This document shows positions 60,901-64,000 of a stretch of 64,000 nt of DNA, one piece after another. The stretch is from NCBI RefSeq assembly GCF_902713615.1, contig NC_052152.1, positions 15,601,215 through 15,665,214 on the forward strand, written 5' to 3'. The notes under the pieces were generated by a model. The model did not search any database, was not told where the DNA came from, and saw nothing but the letters and a program-made list of their open reading frames with translations. How positions within the stretch are numbered: the stretch's first letter is position 1; each line of letters starts with the position of its first letter. Made by a program: the position numbers and the translations under genes. This DNA is from Scyliorhinus canicula. Lineage: Eukaryota.

Positions 60901-63030
60901 ACTCCATTGTATTTTTAATTGTTAACTCTGTGTTAAAGATAAATGTTTTTTTTAAAATTGATCGATAGATAGTTGGACAGTGACTAATAGTGGGTCGTGG
61001 GACTTTTTTTATTTTTTAATGACTGCGGCAAGTTCAATGAGGTGACAAAGATCATTGCATGTTATACAACTTCATACTTGGGCTCGATGTTATTTGGTGA
61101 CATTACTGTTCACTTTTGTTCTACAAGGACAAAAAAAATTGTACTTTAGTTTTGTGAATACTTTTAATATCTGCAATCTGAATCATGACGTTGCCAATGT
61201 GTCTATACAAATTAAAATGAAAAAAAAAAGGATAGTCACTTGGATCATTAGGCGACTTTACAGCCCAGTGAAAAGGTCCAGAGTCTTCACCCACCTGAAA
61301 GACATCAAAGTGGACAAAGTCTCCCTCTAAGAGGTGCACCTTAGGGAGAAGGACCGACTGCGGGTAAAGGAAAGGCGCTGGGTGGGACAGATCTACCATT
61401 CCTGCCACGGGTCAAGGGCGAGGGGGGGGGGGGGGGGGTTAGCCATACGGATAAGTAAGAGAATGGTGTTTACTGCGACAAGGACGGTTAAGGACCAAGA
61501 GGGACAGTACGTCATAATAAGCACTTTAACCATGTACAGGACCTACTGACGGACAGATCCAAATTCTGAACAGGGAAAATGGCAGGCATGGCTAAGGAAA
61601 TGGGAACATTTATGGAGCAGATGGGGGCAGTGGACCCGTGGTGGTTCATGCACCCAGGTAAGCAGGAATTCTTGTTTTTCCCGCCAGTACACAAGGTCTA
61701 TACCCACATCGACTTCTTTGTATTGGGGAAATTGGTGCTTCCAGAAATAGTAAGAGCGGAATACTCCGCGATTGTAATCTCCAATCACGTTCTACACTAC
61801 ATGGATGTGAGGTTGGACACGAACTTTTGGCCGATAGGTCTTCTGCTAGAAAACATCACAGGCCATAGACAAGTACATTACTAAAAACCGGGAAGGGCAG
61901 ATCTCACCCTCCACATCCTGGGAGGTGCTGAAGGCTGTGATTACAGGAGAAATTATCACCTGCAAGACATGCAGAGACAGGGAAGAGAGAGCGGCTAGGC
62001 AGCAACATGATCGACTCTATTCTGTACAGTAGGTACTCTGAGGTCCCGACTATGAACCGTTACAAATGGACTTTAAACTGCTATCCACCAGGAAGGCAGT
62101 GCACTAGCTCCAACAGACACAGAGCACACCTGAGAAAAATCCAACTGAGCAGGTTCTTCCTGGAGGTGCAGGAAAAATGTGAACGGCTCCAGGGAGGCCT
62201 GGCCAACCACACCCACATATTCTGGGCACTTGTTCTGGGCATGCCAAGGCTCGTCAAGTTCTGGACAGCCTTCTTCAAGGCAATGTCCAAAGTTGTGGGG
62301 GTGAGGGTGGAGCCGTGCCCAAGAGTCGCAGTCTTTGGGGTATCAGAATTATTCATGAGGAAGAGGGCCGATTCCCTTGTTTTTGCTTCTCTAATTGTCC
62401 GCTGGAGAATTTTGCTTGGCTGGTGATCAGCAGCACCACCCACAGCTGCAGACTGGCTGGCAGACCTGTTGGAATTTCTCCACCTGGAGAAGATCAAGTT
62501 CACCATCCGAGGGTCAGAGGATGGCTTCCACAAAGCATGGAAGCCATTCACCAACTTGCTCCAAGGCCTGTTCGAAGCCACAAGCCAATAGAGCAGGGGC
62601 AGGGGAGGGGGGGAACACATGGGAGCCAACGGGACCACAGGGAGCAGGCAGGAAATGGGAGGGGGAGGCTGAGGGAAAAAGGAGAATGAGGCTGGAAAAC
62701 GGCCGATACAGAGGCCAGGAAGCCTAGAACAAGGCCAAGGGAATGCCGAAAACAGGATAAGGAGAGGGGAGAAGAAAAGGGAGGATGCCAAACGACAAAA
62801 GTTGGGGGAGGGAAGGGAAGGGCACCGCCCACGTGTAAATCGCAGAAAACCTCTCACTGTACAGTGAAAGGCCCAGGAAAAGACCCTGAAACAATGCATG
62901 AGGAGTGTGGGGTGAGGGAGGGTGTCGGCACAGAGGAAAATGACATGTATATTGTAACTGGGGCATTTATCCTCACCAAATGTGTAGTGTATGAAATGTA
63001 AAAACTTCAGTAAAACATTTCAAACAAAAA
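57989..63030 (+). mobile_element. Degenerate L1-clade element: ORF1 (~58130-59061), spacer, ORF2 APE (from ~59988, split by the CFDP1 retrocopy), RT deleted, C-terminus and 3'UTR
   Basis: GGACTTCC start; EDQENRSRQQNIRI, YQDIG..KRRAEF, GMLYPA; PV|RIVTW..SPVKRSRVFTHLK; MGAVDPW, IDFFV, ISNH; jumps at ~62115 to HRAHL..HTHIFW..FASL; A-rich end. Confidence 0.82.
60038..61229 (+). pseudogene. CFDP1: CFDP1 (BCNT) processed pseudogene, 5'-truncated, with its 5' part inverted (60038-60726 minus; 60727-61229 plus)
   Basis: Minus: [75 protein letters not shown]. Plus: QFELERDIRLSNMKP* (60729-60776), then 3'UTR and an A tract (61220-61229). No introns; frameshift near 60585. Confidence 0.92.
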
Positions 63031-63070
63031 GGAGGGAGGAGCTGGCATTTCGGGTCTGGACCGCTCTGTT

Positions 63071-63142
63071 AAAGCTTTGATGAAGAGTTGTCCAGGCTCG
63101 AAACGTGAGCTGCCTTCTCTCTCCACAGAGGCTGTCATACCT
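63071..63142 (+). mobile_element. Penelope-like terminal-repeat fragment with hammerhead-like core
   Basis: AAAGCT-TTGATGA-AGAGTtgtccaGGCTC-GAAA-CGTG-AGCT; related to 9177-9245. Confidence 0.6.
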
Positions 63143-64000
63143 ACAAAAAAAAAAGATAATAGACGGGTATATAAAAATTTGGTATGATTTAAGGAGCATT
63201 TTAAATGAGGAGGGAGAGGTGGAACTGCCCAGGAAGGATCCTCAATATCCATGTTATATTGAAATCAAAACTTAACACACATCCTGTTGATCCATATCAT
63301 ACTTTTCCAGGAACTCAAACTGTGGATTGTGGGTGTGTGGAAAGTAATTTAGAAAGATGTCAAACCCGGCCTGAATTTGCATCCAACCTTCCCATTTCTA
63401 TTGTCTCAACAGGCAGGTTGGGAAGCTTGGAACAAATTGCTCTCAAATGGTGGTTGGTCAGCAGATACTTTCAGGGAGAAGGTGGTGCCTCTGTTTTAAC
63501 AGGATTTTAGTTTTAACCCATCGGCTTCCCAAGGCTCAGGAATTCTGTTTTGTAAGAGGAGGAGAGAAGAGCTGGGTCCATGAGGTAATTGCCTTTACAG
63601 CACTGCATGTGGACTCTGAGGAACTGGAGTGTTTGCCCTCAGCCTAACAAGCTTGCCGCTTGACACACCTCGTGATTGGCGACCCATCCTCTCACCTCAG
63701 CGATCTCTCACTCTCCTTCCTCCATCACTCTTCTCATGATTTTCAAAACCTCACTTCCCCGTAATCGCCAATTCCCCCCACCCTCCATGGTTGCCAACTT
63801 CCCCTCATCCTCATGATAATGGGAATAGCCTTCCGATGCTCATTGTCAATGCTCAGAGATAGGTGAAATACCAGTGCAGGACCAACTTTCAGGAAAGAAT
63901 CTGCGTCTTCAAGAAAGGAGACCTGGAAGGGAGAAATTGATGAGAAAGAATACTGAGAGAAAGAAGACAGCACTATTTTTCAATTCTGATGAAACGTAGG

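Overview
Eukaryotic genomic DNA from a cartilaginous fish, most likely a shark. This is inferred from abundant HE1-type tRNA/V-domain SINEs and CR1 LINEs with (TTCTATG)n-type tails. I found one intact host gene: a 9-exon, minus-strand ADAMTS1-type metalloprotease (CDS 43705->37288, 2841 nt, 946 aa). All eight introns are GT-AG and the phases join into one open frame. It has a TATA box, an AU-rich 3'UTR and two CTCF-consensus sites upstream. The gene sits in a ~11 kb island nearly free of young transposons; both flanks are mostly nested mobile-element debris. That debris includes L1-clade LINEs, two CR1-group families, two nested Gypsy LTR elements, a Penelope GIY-YIG remnant, short Penelope-like inserts carrying minimal hammerhead ribozyme motifs, four SINE families that share modules, a 3.5 kb Harbinger-type element carrying only a Myb/SANT gene, and a 5'-inverted (twin-primed) CFDP1 processed pseudogene. 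No rRNA, true tRNA genes or CRISPR arrays were seen. There is one 155-N gap. The most notable signals are: hammerhead cores with a compensatory U3-A8 pair sitting at element boundaries; the CFDP1 inversion whose halves rejoin to the base; SINE head/tail swapping that tracks with insertion signature; and the transposase-less Harbinger. Everything was read by eye. Repeat boundaries are approximate (about 10-30 bp) unless a TSD or TIR is quoted, and family names and comparisons with human genes are from memory, not database searches.
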